The notes under the pieces: generated by a model | Told to the model about the DNA's origin: nothing | The model's input: only the letters and a program-made list of their open reading frames with translations | Databases searched by the model: none | Position numbers and translations under genes: made by a program | Source: Flexilinea sp. | GTDB lineage: Bacteria > Chloroflexota > Anaerolineae > Anaerolineales > Anaerolineaceae | Assembly: GCA_041859835.1 (NCBI GenBank) | Contig: JBFLFU010000003.1 | Direction: 5' to 3' (one strand) | DNA length: 64,000 nucleotides | Shown here: piece after piece, positions 39,256-49,431 of the stretch | How the letters are laid out: the number at the start of each line of letters is the position of its first letter | How positions within the stretch are numbered: position 1 is the first letter of the stretch

Positions 39256-40517
39256 TGGAAACGAAAACTATTTTGGCGAAACGGAACGCCAGCGCTCGGG
39301 AACGTGTGGCCGGACTGATTTTTGTGTGTTTCGGCTTACTGGTTTTATTGGTTTTCAAAAATGGTCTGACTGCGAATACACTTTCAACCTTCGGGATGAC
39401 GCCCGGCGGCGTGACGCGCGGTGTTGTGGCTGACTGGCAAATCCAGTCCAATCTTGCTCTGACAATCTGTGGCGTTGTCCTGATGCTGATCGGAGCTTTC
39501 CAATTTTTATCCGGGTTTGGACGTGCCACCTTTTCCGTGCTGGTCTCGTGTTGTTTAATTTTTGTATTCGCTTTTCTGCTTTATGTTTCGGCGGATAAAC
39601 GGTTGAACCTGGCCGGGATGTTGTCCTCTGCGGTGGCAATGGCGGTACCGATCATTCTGGGGGGCTTCGGGGGGCTTCTGTGTGAGCGCTCCGGTGTGGT
39701 GAACGTTGCAATCGAAGGGATGATGCTGATGGGCGCGATGCTGGGAGCGGTATTTGGCTCCATCAGTAAAAATATCTGGATTGGCCTGGGCGCCGCTATG
39801 ATTGGCGGCGCGCTGTTGGCGACTGTCCATGCCTGGCTGTCGATCAAATACAAAATCAATCAGGTCATCTCCGGTACGGTGATCAATATTTTCTCCACCG
39901 GTATGACCAGTTATATTTCTTCGATGTACTTGCAGCGATACCAGAATCTTAATAAAACGCCTCGCTTCCCGAATGTTTCCATCCCGATCCTTGCGGATAT
40001 CCCGTTTATTGGGCCGATCTTTTTCAACAACAGCCTGTTTGTTTACGGGATGTTTTTACTGTTGATTATTCTGCAATTTGCTCTGTTCAGAACGCGTTGG
40101 GGTCTGCGCCTTCGCTCGGTTGGTGAGCATCCGAAAGCCGCTGATACGCTTGGAATCAATGTGTTTAAGACCCGCTATCAGGCTGTGATTCTGGGCGGCA
40201 TGATTGCGGGATTTGCCGGCGCCTATTTTTCACTGGGATCCGTCGGACGGTTTGACGAGGGGATGACAGCGGGAAAAGGCTTTATTGGTCTCGCTGCCAT
40301 GAATTTTGGAAACTGGAATCCGGTCGGTACAATGCTGGCCGGGCTGCTGTTTGGGTTTGCGGATTCGATGGCGACGTCTGTCTCTGTGCTCGGGTCCCGG
40401 ATCCCGGGTCAGTTTATCAATATGCTTCCGTATATCGTGACGATGGTGGTTCTGGCCGGCTTGGTTGGCGGCAGCGTTGGGCCGGCTGCGAGCGGGACGC
40501 CATACGAAAAGGAATGA
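39255..40517 (+). CDS. Nucleoside-type ABC permease
   Basis: ERSGVVNVAIEG, GLRLRSVGEHP, AGKGFIGLAA, MLPYIVT. Confidence 0.88.
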   Translation: METKTILAKRNASARERVAGLIFVCFGLLVLLVFKNGLTANTLSTFGMTPGGVTRGVVADWQIQSNLALTICGVVLMLIGAFQFLSGFGRATFSVLVSCCLIFVFAFLLYVSADKRLNLAGMLSSAVAMAVPIILGGFGGLLCERSGVVNVAIEGMMLMGAMLGAVFGSISKNIWIGLGAAMIGGALLATVHAWLSIKYKINQVISGTVINIFSTGMTSYISSMYLQRYQNLNKTPRFPNVSIPILADIPFIGPIFFNNSLFVYGMFLLLIILQFALFRTRWGLRLRSVGEHPKAADTLGINVFKTRYQAVILGGMIAGFAGAYFSLGSVGRFDEGMTAGKGFIGLAAMNFGNWNPVGTMLAGLLFGFADSMATSVSVLGSRIPGQFINMLPYIVTMVVLAGLVGGSVGPAASGTPYEKE

Positions 40518-40524
40518 TGTGAAT

Positions 40525-40566
40525 TGGAAATAAAAAAAGCGCCAGATGGCGCTTTTTTTATTTCCA
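40525..40566. terminator. Bidirectional terminator with perfect 20-bp arms
   Basis: TGGAAATAAAAAAAGCGCCA-GA-TGGCGCTTTTTTTATTTCCA between convergent genes. Confidence 0.88.
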
Positions 40567-40567
40567 G

Positions 40568-40909
40568 CTAAACTCTGCCGAAATCATCCTCGATGCGGAC
40601 GATGTCGTCTTCCGGGCAGATCCCCAGTTGCGTCTCAATCAGCACCAGCGGCAGCTCCGAGTCGTTCTTGACCCGGTGTACCTGTTCCTTCTCAATTTGG
40701 ATCACGTCCCCCACTTTGATCGGGAAAACCTTATCTCCCAAGGTCATTTTCCCGCTGCCTTCCACGATGACCCAAACTTCAGCGCGCAGATGATGGTACT
40801 GCAGCGAGAGCCGTTTTTGTGGAAATACCACAATCCGCTTGACACGGTATTTTGGTTCAAAGATATATTCTTCCCAGCGTCCCCAGGGGCGATTGTCAAA
40901 GTCGATCAT
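40568..40909 (-). CDS. Stand-alone cupin, phosphomannose isomerase type II C-terminal-like
   Basis: RPWG, RLSLQYHHLRAEVW, HRVKN, IETQLG, EDDIVRIEDDFGR; GAGGAG RBS. Confidence 0.85.
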   Translation of the reverse strand: MIDFDNRPWGRWEEYIFEPKYRVKRIVVFPQKRLSLQYHHLRAEVWVIVEGSGKMTLGDKVFPIKVGDVIQIEKEQVHRVKNDSELPLVLIETQLGICPEDDIVRIEDDFGRV

Positions 40910-41969
40910 AAATTCTCCTCCCATTTCCAATGCAATGCGAGATAATTTTATCGCATAAATCCGGATAGGAAATCCCGGCGGCTGCGGCCTCCTGCGGGAA
41001 CAGGCTGTTGGGCGTCATCCCCGGCAGTGTGTTGGCTTCGAGACAATAGAAATCCCCGTTGGATTCGGCTTTGAAATCGATTCGTGAATAGTAGCCAAGC
41101 TGCAGCTGGCGATGGATTTGCAGAGCGGATTGCTGGAGCGCTTTTGCCAGACTTTCCGGAATCTCTGCCGGGCAAACTTCGCGGGTCAGCCCAGGCTGGT
41201 ATTTTTTTTCATAATCAAACCAGCCTTCTTTGGGGATGATTTCGATCGGCGGGAGCGGCTGGCCGTCCAGAATGCCGACACAGAACTCCCATCCACTGAT
41301 ATATCCTTCTACGATCAATTCTTTGTCCAGACCGGCAGCGTTTTGAAATCCTGCCAGCAGCTCCGGCAGGGTCTGCGCGATGCTGACGCCGATGCTGGAT
41401 CCGCCGCGTGCAGGCTTGATAACGCACGGGAATCCGATGGTATCAATAATGTTCTCAAAATTCGCTTCCTGCGGTTCCGGAACCCAGATCCAGGGAGCTG
41501 TCGGCAGCCCGGCAGCGTGAAGAATCTGCTTGGTCAAATGTTTGTCCATCGCCAGCACGCATCCTTCAAAAGAGGATCCGGTGTAGGGAATGTTGAACAG
41601 ATCGAAAACAGCCTGAATTTGCCCGTTCTCACCCAGGCTGCCATGCAGACCCAGAAAGACACAGTCTGCCTGACGACAAATTTCCAGAACATTCTGCCCG
41701 ATCAACATTCCGGTATCCGGTGTTCGTTCGGTCCATATTTTTTTTAGGTCCGGGGGTGTTTTGGGTATTGCGTAATGACTGTCGACATAATCTGATCCGG
41801 TTTTGAATAATGAATCAAAACCGTCTGCGGGTTCTTCAATTCCAAGAAACGCATCGACCAAAACGACAGTGTGCCCTTTTTTGGCCAGCGCGTTACTGAT
41901 CAGGCACCCTGAAGACAACGAGACATCTCTTTCCTGCGAATAACCGCCTGCAAGAACAACTGCTTTCAT
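40896..41969 (-). CDS. ddl: D-alanine--D-alanine ligase
   Basis: GGYSQERDVSLSSG, LHGSLGENG, AMDK, KPARGGSSIGV, FDYEKKY, EANTLPGMT. Confidence 0.92.
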   Translation of the reverse strand: MKAVVLAGGYSQERDVSLSSGCLISNALAKKGHTVVLVDAFLGIEEPADGFDSLFKTGSDYVDSHYAIPKTPPDLKKIWTERTPDTGMLIGQNVLEICRQADCVFLGLHGSLGENGQIQAVFDLFNIPYTGSSFEGCVLAMDKHLTKQILHAAGLPTAPWIWVPEPQEANFENIIDTIGFPCVIKPARGGSSIGVSIAQTLPELLAGFQNAAGLDKELIVEGYISGWEFCVGILDGQPLPPIEIIPKEGWFDYEKKYQPGLTREVCPAEIPESLAKALQQSALQIHRQLQLGYYSRIDFKAESNGDFYCLEANTLPGMTPNSLFPQEAAAAGISYPDLCDKIISHCIGNGRRIYDRL

Positions 41970-42272
41970 AAACTTTCCTTTATTGAAAAAAATTGTGTTT
42001 CGCTTTGACAATTCGATCTCAGAAATTCGCAGCTTCGCGGGGCGTTGATTTCTGAATGCGCAAAAGGTACATTCACTGTTTTTCTTCGTATAGGGAACGG
42101 ATGATTTGAATTGCCATTGGCTTGGTTGTTATTAGAAATCACATGGATGATTCTAACACGCGGATGCGATAAAAAGGGATTAAAGGGTCGATAAAAGGAT
42201 TTTAAAATTAGGGATATCGGCATTGGGATGCGTAACAACGCCTGCGTTCCTGTCAAAAACAAGAAACGCAGG

Positions 42273-42325
42273 TTGACAGATCGGACAAATTCCGATAAGC
42301 TCATAAAAACTAAAAACGTTTTTAG
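42273..42325 (+). promoter_or_regulatory. lacI-family gene promoter and candidate LacI-type operator
   Basis: TTGACA (42273-78), 17 nt, TAAGCT (42296-301); perfect 16-bp palindrome CTAAAAACGTTTTTAG at 42310-25 just after the predicted TSS. Confidence 0.65.
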
Positions 42326-42458
42326 ATTACAATCAGTTTTGAAATTTGATAGATCACGCCGCGGTTGAGAAAACCGCTGAATGACGCGCTTTTGAATCGA
42401 ATAAAGCAGGATCCATCATCCATCGTGTATTTGGACTGTCAGGATTACAGGGGTTCAT

Positions 42459-43448
42459 GTGGCAATTACGCTGAAAGATATTGCAAAGGTTTGTAACGTT
42501 TCATATTCGACGGTGTCCCGGGCGCTGAATAACAAGAATATCCGTCCGTCGGCGAAGATGGATGAGATTCGGGAAACGGCAAAAGCGCTGGGTTACTCGC
42601 CGAATGTTCTGGCCATTCAGCTCGTCAAACGCCGTACCAAAATTTTTGGGCTGATCATTCCGGACATTGCGAATCCACACTATTCAGAAATTACCAAATG
42701 CGTCGAGGACGTAGCGCTTGAACATGGCTTTCAGGTCTTTTTATGCAATTCGGATTGGAATATTGCCAAAGAAAAACGATATCGCGATCTGTTAATTGAG
42801 CATCGTGTGGCCGGTATGATTGTGATGCCGGTATCGGATGAGAGTCATGTTTTGTTCCGCAACCTGGATATTCCGGTTACCCTGCTGGGCAGCCGGACGA
42901 AAGAGAGCAGCCTGAATACGGTTGTTATGAATAATGAGCAGGCCGCATTTCTGGCGACGGAACATTTGATCAAAAAGGGTTTCACCAGGCTGGCGTACAT
43001 TGGTCGACGCATTGAGAACTATACTTCTTCAGACCGTATTCGCGGCTATAAAAGCGCTTTGCAGGCATACGGGATTGCCGATCAGGCGGCGCATCTGATC
43101 CATAGCGATAGTTTTCAATTGGAAGGTGGTTATACTGCAACCAGGAAATTACTTGAACAGCCCAACCGTCCAAACGGTATTGTCGCTTTCAGCGATTTTA
43201 TCGCGATCGGCGCGATGCAGGCAGTAGAAGAAGCGGGCCTGGTTGTCGGAAGGGATGTCGGCATCATTGGCTTTGATAATGTGCTGTATGCCGCGCTGCC
43301 GAAAATCAATTTGACGACGGTGACGCCTTCGAATAAGGAGCTTGCCAGAAAAGCGGTAGAGATCATTGTGGAACAGGTGCAGGAAGGGACGAAAGCGGTT
43401 CAAAACGATTTGCTTCCTCCGAAACTGATTTTCAGGTCTACCTGCTGA
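42459..43448 (+). CDS. LacI family transcriptional regulator
   Basis: ITLKDIAKVCNVSYSTVSRALN, LGYSPN, IIGFDN. Confidence 0.93.
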   Translation: MAITLKDIAKVCNVSYSTVSRALNNKNIRPSAKMDEIRETAKALGYSPNVLAIQLVKRRTKIFGLIIPDIANPHYSEITKCVEDVALEHGFQVFLCNSDWNIAKEKRYRDLLIEHRVAGMIVMPVSDESHVLFRNLDIPVTLLGSRTKESSLNTVVMNNEQAAFLATEHLIKKGFTRLAYIGRRIENYTSSDRIRGYKSALQAYGIADQAAHLIHSDSFQLEGGYTATRKLLEQPNRPNGIVAFSDFIAIGAMQAVEEAGLVVGRDVGIIGFDNVLYAALPKINLTTVTPSNKELARKAVEIIVEQVQEGTKAVQNDLLPPKLIFRSTC

Positions 43449-43557
43449 AATGTGCCGGATGCGCGGCCCGGAAACGACCAATATTTGACACTCGGAGCAT
43501 GTTTTACCGGCAACTCATATTGTTTTGGAAGGCTCCTTCAGTTCTTCCCAAGAAGTC

Positions 43558-43623
43558 TGCAAACGTTTTATGTTTTTATTAAGGGATTGAAAACTTTCGC
43601 AAAAAATAAAAAAAACGCGTTTT
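43558..43623 (+). promoter_or_regulatory. Candidate LacI-type operators upstream of the ABC operon
   Basis: TGCAAACGTTTTAT at 43558-71 (same AAACGTTTT core as 42310) and AAAACGCGTTTT at 43612-23. Confidence 0.45.
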
Positions 43624-43682
43624 AAGTGGATTATTATCAATTTGGCCTTAAAAATATAGTATTCGTTTGAAAGGGAATAACC

Positions 43683-44705
43683 ATGAATTTCAGTAAAAGA
43701 ATCTCATCCTGCATTTTGGCATTTGCCGTATTGTTTGCCACCGTTGGTCTGGCCAGCGCAGCCTCTGAAAAGCTTTCCATTTATGCAGCTTTGAACGAGG
43801 ATGAAATTGCTAATTTTGTAACCAAGTTCAAGGAAGATACCGGTATCGAAATTGAATATGTTCAGGGTGGCGCAGGCGACATGGCCGCGCGTGTGCAGGC
43901 TGAAGCAGCTTCCCCGAACGCGGACGTTCTGGTCGGCGGCTCGGTTGATGTCTATATGCCGCTGGCAAAAGCCGGTTTGTTTGAACAGTATGATTCGCCG
44001 AACAATGATGCGCTGGATGCACGCTTCAATGATCCTGAAGGATACTGGCAGGGTTGGTACATGGGTGTTTTAGGCCTGGCCATCAACCGGGATCGCTTTG
44101 CAGCCGAACTGGCACCGCAGGGGCTTGAATATCCGAAAACCTGGGACGATCTGTTGGATTCCCGCTATGATGATTTGTTCATCACCAGCAACCCCGTGAC
44201 TGCGGGCGGCGGCTATATTTTTGCGGCCGACCAAATCTTTCGCCTGGGTGAAGACGCGGCCTGGGATTATTTCAAACAACTGGATCAGAACGTTCATCAC
44301 TACTACAAAGGCGCCGGTGATGTGATCATGCCGGTGGCAACAGGCGAATTCATTGTCGGTATGAGCTGGGTACATGATATTTACAAGCAGGTCAAAGCCG
44401 GCTACCCGATTGACATTGTTATTCCCGAACAGACTGCCTACGAAATTGGCGGCGTGGCCATCGTCAAGGGCGGCGCGAATACCGAAAATGCCAAGATTTT
44501 CATCGACTGGCTGCTGACCGAAGAAGTTGGAACGATGAATACATTGAATTCGAATCGCTATTCCGTGCTGCCGTCCGTTGCTTCTCCTGAAGGTCTGCCG
44601 GCAATCGATGATGTAAATCTGGTTGATTATGACCGGGCCAAGGCCGGTGAGATGAAACCTGCGGTTGTCGAAAAATTTGACGCTGAGATCGTTTCAAAAC
44701 GGTAA
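43683..44705 (+). CDS. AfuA/FbpA-family ABC substrate-binding protein
   Basis: PNADVLVGG, YPKTWDDLL, SNPVTAG, SWVHD, YEIGGVAIVKG, AKIFIDWLL. Confidence 0.8.
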   Translation: MNFSKRISSCILAFAVLFATVGLASAASEKLSIYAALNEDEIANFVTKFKEDTGIEIEYVQGGAGDMAARVQAEAASPNADVLVGGSVDVYMPLAKAGLFEQYDSPNNDALDARFNDPEGYWQGWYMGVLGLAINRDRFAAELAPQGLEYPKTWDDLLDSRYDDLFITSNPVTAGGGYIFAADQIFRLGEDAAWDYFKQLDQNVHHYYKGAGDVIMPVATGEFIVGMSWVHDIYKQVKAGYPIDIVIPEQTAYEIGGVAIVKGGANTENAKIFIDWLLTEEVGTMNTLNSNRYSVLPSVASPEGLPAIDDVNLVDYDRAKAGEMKPAVVEKFDAEIVSKR

Positions 44706-44877
44706 TCGACTTTTTCCTTCTGAATGCGAATAGATGCAATGGAATTTTCCCTTTGCATCTATTTGCTTCATTATCAATCCGAGACGTTAAGGATTGGTCG
44801 AAACGTAAAGGCCGAACTGATACCGTTTCCCTTGGCCTTCTACCAGACGTGAAAATATAAAATCCGGGAAATAGTGA

Positions 44878-46524
44878 ATGCGAAAAATTTGGACAAGCAA
44901 CAGTTTCAAGGAATTCTCACGATTAAAGAATGAACCGTTTCTCTTACTCGTCATCCTTTTTTTGATACTCCTGACCGGGTATTTTGTCATTTGGCCGGTT
45001 TTCAAATTGATGACTGTGGCCAATGTATCCGAATATTCCATTTTGTTTGAGACGCCGCGTTGGGGACGGGCATTGTGGAACAGTCTGAAAATGACGCTGA
45101 TTTCCACAATTTCGTGTACATTCGTAGCATTTATCTTCGCGTACACACTGTCGCGGCTGAATGTCCCGCTGAAGAAATTGTTCCGATTCATCACCCTGCT
45201 GCCGGTCGTTTCCCCGCCCTTTATTGTGGCACTTTCCTATATTCTGTTGTTTGGCGTTCAGGGGATCATCACCAAACGCTTGTTTGGTGTTTCTGTGGAT
45301 GTTTACGGTGTGTTTGGGCTTTGGGTCGTTCAGACGGTTACTTTCTTTCCGTATGCTTTTTCCGTTATTTACGGCGTAATGGTAAAAGTCAGTCCGAACC
45401 TGGAATATGCCGCCTACAACATGGGCGCGGGACGTTGGCAGGTGTTTCGGGACGTCTTCTGGCCTTTGTGCCGTCCGGGTGTGGCGGGAGGTGCATTGAT
45501 CGCCGCAATCAATGTATTGACTGATTTTGGAAATCCGTTGATTATCGGCGGAGATTTGGCACTGTTGCCGACAGAAGCGTATATGCAGATTGTCGGCTGG
45601 TACGACATGAAAACAGCTTCGATTTTGGCTGTTTTGATCTTGCTGCCTTCTTTTGTGCTCTTCGCACTGAATCGATATTGGGTCGGAAAGCGTTCTTACG
45701 TGACTGTGACGGGTAAGGAAAGTTCTTTGGAGCCTTATCCGGTGAATCCGATTTTAAAATGGGGCCTGTTTGCATTCTGTTTAGCGGTCTCGATTTTTAT
45801 CCTGGTGGTTTACGGTACTCTGGTCATTGGTTCTTTCACCAAAACCTGGGGGTATGACTGGTCTTTTACACTGCGCAACTATAGCCTGATTGGAGATAAG
45901 TTTGTCCAAATCTGGAACAGTATCCGCTTTGCGACGCTGTCAGCCGCATTTGATTCTATTCTGGCGATTATGCTTTCGTATATTGTGCAGAAAAAATCTG
46001 TCGGCGTCAATCGGATTCTGGACTTTTTGGCGGTTCTGCCTTCCGCGGTACCCGGTATGTTTCTCGGTCTGAGCTATGTGATCGCGTTCAACACGCCGCC
46101 GGTGAAGCTGACGAACACCAGCGCGATCATGGTGCTGGCGCTGACTTTTTGGAACCTGCCGGTCTGCTATCTGGCCAGTAACGCGGGGATTCAACAGATC
46201 GGCGATTCGGTTGAGGACGCGGCTCAAAATTTGGGGGCGAACAGTTTCCGCAGTTTTCTCAATGTAATCCTGCCGCTGCTGAAAGTCCCGTTTGTCTCCG
46301 GGTTTGTCCTTTCGTTTCTCCGTTCTGTCACCTGTCTGTCCGTTATCATCTTTATCTATTCTTCCAGGACAGCGGTCGGGACAACCTCGATTCTCGGACT
46401 GGTTTCATACGGGCAATGGGGAGCGGCTTCGTCTTTTACGGTTGTCTTGATCTCGATCGCCTTTGCGGTTTTAGGGTTCGCGCAGTGGTTTTTGCAGCGA
46501 CATGATACGAAATTAGAGTTATAA
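44878..46524 (+). CDS. AfuB/FbpB-type ABC permease (duplicated TMD)
   Basis: PPFIVAL, LEYAAYNMGA, DFGNPLIIGG, VEDAAQNLGA. Confidence 0.88.
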   Translation: MRKIWTSNSFKEFSRLKNEPFLLLVILFLILLTGYFVIWPVFKLMTVANVSEYSILFETPRWGRALWNSLKMTLISTISCTFVAFIFAYTLSRLNVPLKKLFRFITLLPVVSPPFIVALSYILLFGVQGIITKRLFGVSVDVYGVFGLWVVQTVTFFPYAFSVIYGVMVKVSPNLEYAAYNMGAGRWQVFRDVFWPLCRPGVAGGALIAAINVLTDFGNPLIIGGDLALLPTEAYMQIVGWYDMKTASILAVLILLPSFVLFALNRYWVGKRSYVTVTGKESSLEPYPVNPILKWGLFAFCLAVSIFILVVYGTLVIGSFTKTWGYDWSFTLRNYSLIGDKFVQIWNSIRFATLSAAFDSILAIMLSYIVQKKSVGVNRILDFLAVLPSAVPGMFLGLSYVIAFNTPPVKLTNTSAIMVLALTFWNLPVCYLASNAGIQQIGDSVEDAAQNLGANSFRSFLNVILPLLKVPFVSGFVLSFLRSVTCLSVIIFIYSSRTAVGTTSILGLVSYGQWGAASSFTVVLISIAFAVLGFAQWFLQRHDTKLEL

Positions 46525-46539
46525 CAGGAGACAGGCACA

Positions 46540-47622
46540 GTGAATTCATATATTAACTTTTCACATGTGACGAAGACTTTCGGCGCTTTCAAAGCGCTGA
46601 ACGATGTTTCACTGGAAATTCCACGCGGAACGTTTGTGACGCTGTTGGGACCTTCCGGATGCGGGAAGACGACACTATTGCGCTTGCTTTCCGGTTTTTC
46701 GGAACCGGATGCGGGAGAAATTCGCGTCGATGGGCATTTGATGAACAATCTCCCTCCCTTTAAACGCGGGACGCCTTTGGTTTTTCAGGATTATGCCCTG
46801 TTTCCGCACATGACGCTCTATGAAAATATTGCCTATGGTCTGAAAATCAAGGGGACGAAAAAAGAGGAAATTGACCGCCGGGTTGCGGAGATGTTGGAAT
46901 TATTTAATTTGCGCGGCATGGAACAGCGTTTTCCGAAACAATTGTCCGGTGGGCAGCAGCAGCGGGTGGCCATCGCGCGGGCGCTGATCCTGAAGAAAGA
47001 AGTGCTCCTGTTAGATGAACCATTGAGCAATTTAGACGCTAAACTTCGTGTAGACGTGCGAAATGAACTGCGCCAGATTCAGGAGAAACTCGGCATTACG
47101 CTCATTTATGTCACGCATGATCAGGATGAAGCGCTTTCGATGAGCGATCTGATCGCGGTGATGCAGGGCGGCAAAATTGAACAGATCGGGACGCCGTGGC
47201 AGATTTATTTCCGGCCTGAAAATCGGTTTGTGGCGGATTTTGTGGGAACGGTGAATCTGATTGAGGCACGGGTTGTGGCCGCTGAAAAAGAGCGGCTGAC
47301 CGTAGACTGGAATGAACAGCCCTTTGCTTTTCGTTATGAAGGCTCCGATTTTAATATCGGAGAGGCTATTGAACTGATGATTCGTCCGGAATGTTTCCAG
47401 ATTCATTCGCTTGGTGAAAATGAGCTGGTCGATGCGGGCGATCTGTCCGGTGAGGTGACTTTTTTCAGCTTTCTGGGACGCTTTATCCGTTACTTTGTGC
47501 GCGTCCATGAGCAGATATTGATTCTTGACGATTCAAATCCGGGTGAAGCCGGTGCGATCGAAGGCCCCGTGCGGGTGACCATTGACTGGGACAAAGTCCA
47601 TATCCTGAGGAAAAAGAATTGA
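46540..47622 (+). CDS. AfuC/PotA-type ABC ATP-binding protein
   Basis: GPSGCGKT, LSGGQQQRVA, LDEPLSNLD, YVTHDQDEA; TOBE-like tail. Confidence 0.92.
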   Translation: MNSYINFSHVTKTFGAFKALNDVSLEIPRGTFVTLLGPSGCGKTTLLRLLSGFSEPDAGEIRVDGHLMNNLPPFKRGTPLVFQDYALFPHMTLYENIAYGLKIKGTKKEEIDRRVAEMLELFNLRGMEQRFPKQLSGGQQQRVAIARALILKKEVLLLDEPLSNLDAKLRVDVRNELRQIQEKLGITLIYVTHDQDEALSMSDLIAVMQGGKIEQIGTPWQIYFRPENRFVADFVGTVNLIEARVVAAEKERLTVDWNEQPFAFRYEGSDFNIGEAIELMIRPECFQIHSLGENELVDAGDLSGEVTFFSFLGRFIRYFVRVHEQILILDDSNPGEAGAIEGPVRVTIDWDKVHILRKKN

Positions 47623-47632
47623 GAATGATTTA

Positions 47633-48580
47633 ATGCTGCAACTGGACTTTATCAATGTAGGGTATGGCGATTCGATTTTAGTACAATCATTTTCACAAGA
47701 GCGAACTTTTCGCATGCTGGTGGATTGCGGCGATGGGAGACCTGTTGTAAATTTGCCGGGACAGAGGAAGATTTCAACACTCGAATTTCTGCAAAAACGG
47801 GATATTCGTGAGCTGGACCTTTTGATCCTGACGCATATGCATAAGGATCATATCGGCGGATTTGCGGCCGTGGCGGATACCGTAGCTATTTGTGAGGTCT
47901 GGACCGGTTATCTCCCGGAAGAATCATTGTTTCGGATTTATTTGTCCGAAGCCGGGAAACTACCGAAGGAGAATGAACGGATCCTGAAGCCGATGTATCG
48001 TGTTTTTCAGACGCTGAACCAGTTGCGGGAAAAAGGTGTGCCGGTCCGTCTGATGCGCGGAGAGAACCGGTTTTCATTTTCGGACTTGGGGTTTGAATTG
48101 ATCGTTACAAGTGCCGGTGAAACACTTTTTCAGACGCAGAATCAGGCCTTTGAGGCCATTTCGAATGGCATCGGCAGCGATTCTTTGCCATTCAATATTC
48201 ATTCTGTGATGAATGATTCCAGTCTGCGGATCCGATTGTGCTATGGGATGCAGAGCGTGGAATTGCCGGGAGATTTTTGCGCAGCCGCCTGGCTGGAGAG
48301 CGCTATTCGGCCTTGTACGCTGCTGAAACTGCCGCATCACGGGCATGCGGATTCGATGACCGAAGCGCTTTTCAGCCAGCTCTCCCCGGCCGTGACGGTT
48401 ATCTCGGTATCAGATGACCGCGTGGACGACTGCCCGGCGAAGGCAGTTGTCGATCTGATCCGGCGAAACGGGAGTGAGCTGTTGTTTACCGGTCATGCGC
48501 CGGAGGATTTTTCGGAGACTGACGGGCATGAGAGCGTTCGGGTCATGCTGAATCAAGATTCGATTTATTGGGAAGTATGA
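47633..48580 (+). CDS. ComEC/Rec2-type metallo-beta-lactamase-fold hydrolase, no signal peptide
   Basis: FINVGYGDSIL, LVDCG, THMHKDHIGG, NDSS, GD, LKLPHHG. Confidence 0.8.
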   Translation: MLQLDFINVGYGDSILVQSFSQERTFRMLVDCGDGRPVVNLPGQRKISTLEFLQKRDIRELDLLILTHMHKDHIGGFAAVADTVAICEVWTGYLPEESLFRIYLSEAGKLPKENERILKPMYRVFQTLNQLREKGVPVRLMRGENRFSFSDLGFELIVTSAGETLFQTQNQAFEAISNGIGSDSLPFNIHSVMNDSSLRIRLCYGMQSVELPGDFCAAAWLESAIRPCTLLKLPHHGHADSMTEALFSQLSPAVTVISVSDDRVDDCPAKAVVDLIRRNGSELLFTGHAPEDFSETDGHESVRVMLNQDSIYWEV

Positions 48581-48582
48581 AT

Positions 48583-48622
48583 AAGTAAAATACTGCTCTA
48601 AAACTGGGGCAGTATTTTACTT
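48583..48622. terminator. Bidirectional terminator
   Basis: AAGTAAAATACTGC...GCAGTATTTTACTT (14-bp arms plus G-U pairs) between convergent genes. Confidence 0.8.
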
Positions 48623-48637
48623 TAATTGGCCGATTGC

Positions 48638-49414
48638 TTAGTCTTTGTTTTGTGTTTCGATCTTTTTCATCCGGCTGCCTACGAATTTCCCTAAAGCGAC
48701 GGGAAACAGATAGGTCATTTTCATCTGCAGTGATTGCGCCAATGAGTGACAGATAACGAAACTGTCTTTGTCAATGTTTTTGGCAAGCCCCTGCCCCACA
48801 ACTTGCGGGTCGACCTTAAATTCTTCCGGAACGGGCAATGGTTTTGACGAGTGCGTGCGTGTTAACGGCGGGTGCAGGAGGTGAAACGATATACCTGTAT
48901 TTTGATATTCAAGGTTCAAACATTTGGCCAATGCTTCGATCGCACCTTTGCTTGACGCGTATGGGCTGATATTTTGAAACCCTGTAATCCCGACGCCGGA
49001 GCTGGTAAACAGTATTTTCCCTTTATTCTGGCTTTTCATTATGGGTAATACCGCTTTGGTCAGGTGGATAGCGCCATAATAATTTACAGCAAAAACTTCC
49101 TGATAAACGCTTTCATCCGTTTCTTCCAGACTGCCAAAAGTACATTTGCAGGCGTTGTGGATTGCGAAATCGATTCTTCCCCATTTGGAGGATATTTCCG
49201 ATACGCATTTTTTAACGGTTTCACTGTCCCTGACATCGCAAAGAAAAGGCAGCAAATGATCAGGATTGTCTGTCGCGAGCTGCGTCAGGTTACTGATATG
49301 GACATCCAAGACAGCAACACGGCAACCGTCCCGGATAAACTGCCTGACCATTTCGTATCCGATGCCTTCATTCCCACCGGTGATGATAATATTTTTCACG
49401 GCGCTTTGTTCCAT
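48638..49414 (-). CDS. Short-chain dehydrogenase/reductase
   Basis: ITGGNEGIG, HNAC, YASSK. Confidence 0.88.
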   Translation of the reverse strand: MEQSAVKNIIITGGNEGIGYEMVRQFIRDGCRVAVLDVHISNLTQLATDNPDHLLPFLCDVRDSETVKKCVSEISSKWGRIDFAIHNACKCTFGSLEETDESVYQEVFAVNYYGAIHLTKAVLPIMKSQNKGKILFTSSGVGITGFQNISPYASSKGAIEALAKCLNLEYQNTGISFHLLHPPLTRTHSSKPLPVPEEFKVDPQVVGQGLAKNIDKDSFVICHSLAQSLQMKMTYLFPVALGKFVGSRMKKIETQNKD

Positions 49415-49431
49415 TTTGGCCTTCGATTTCG

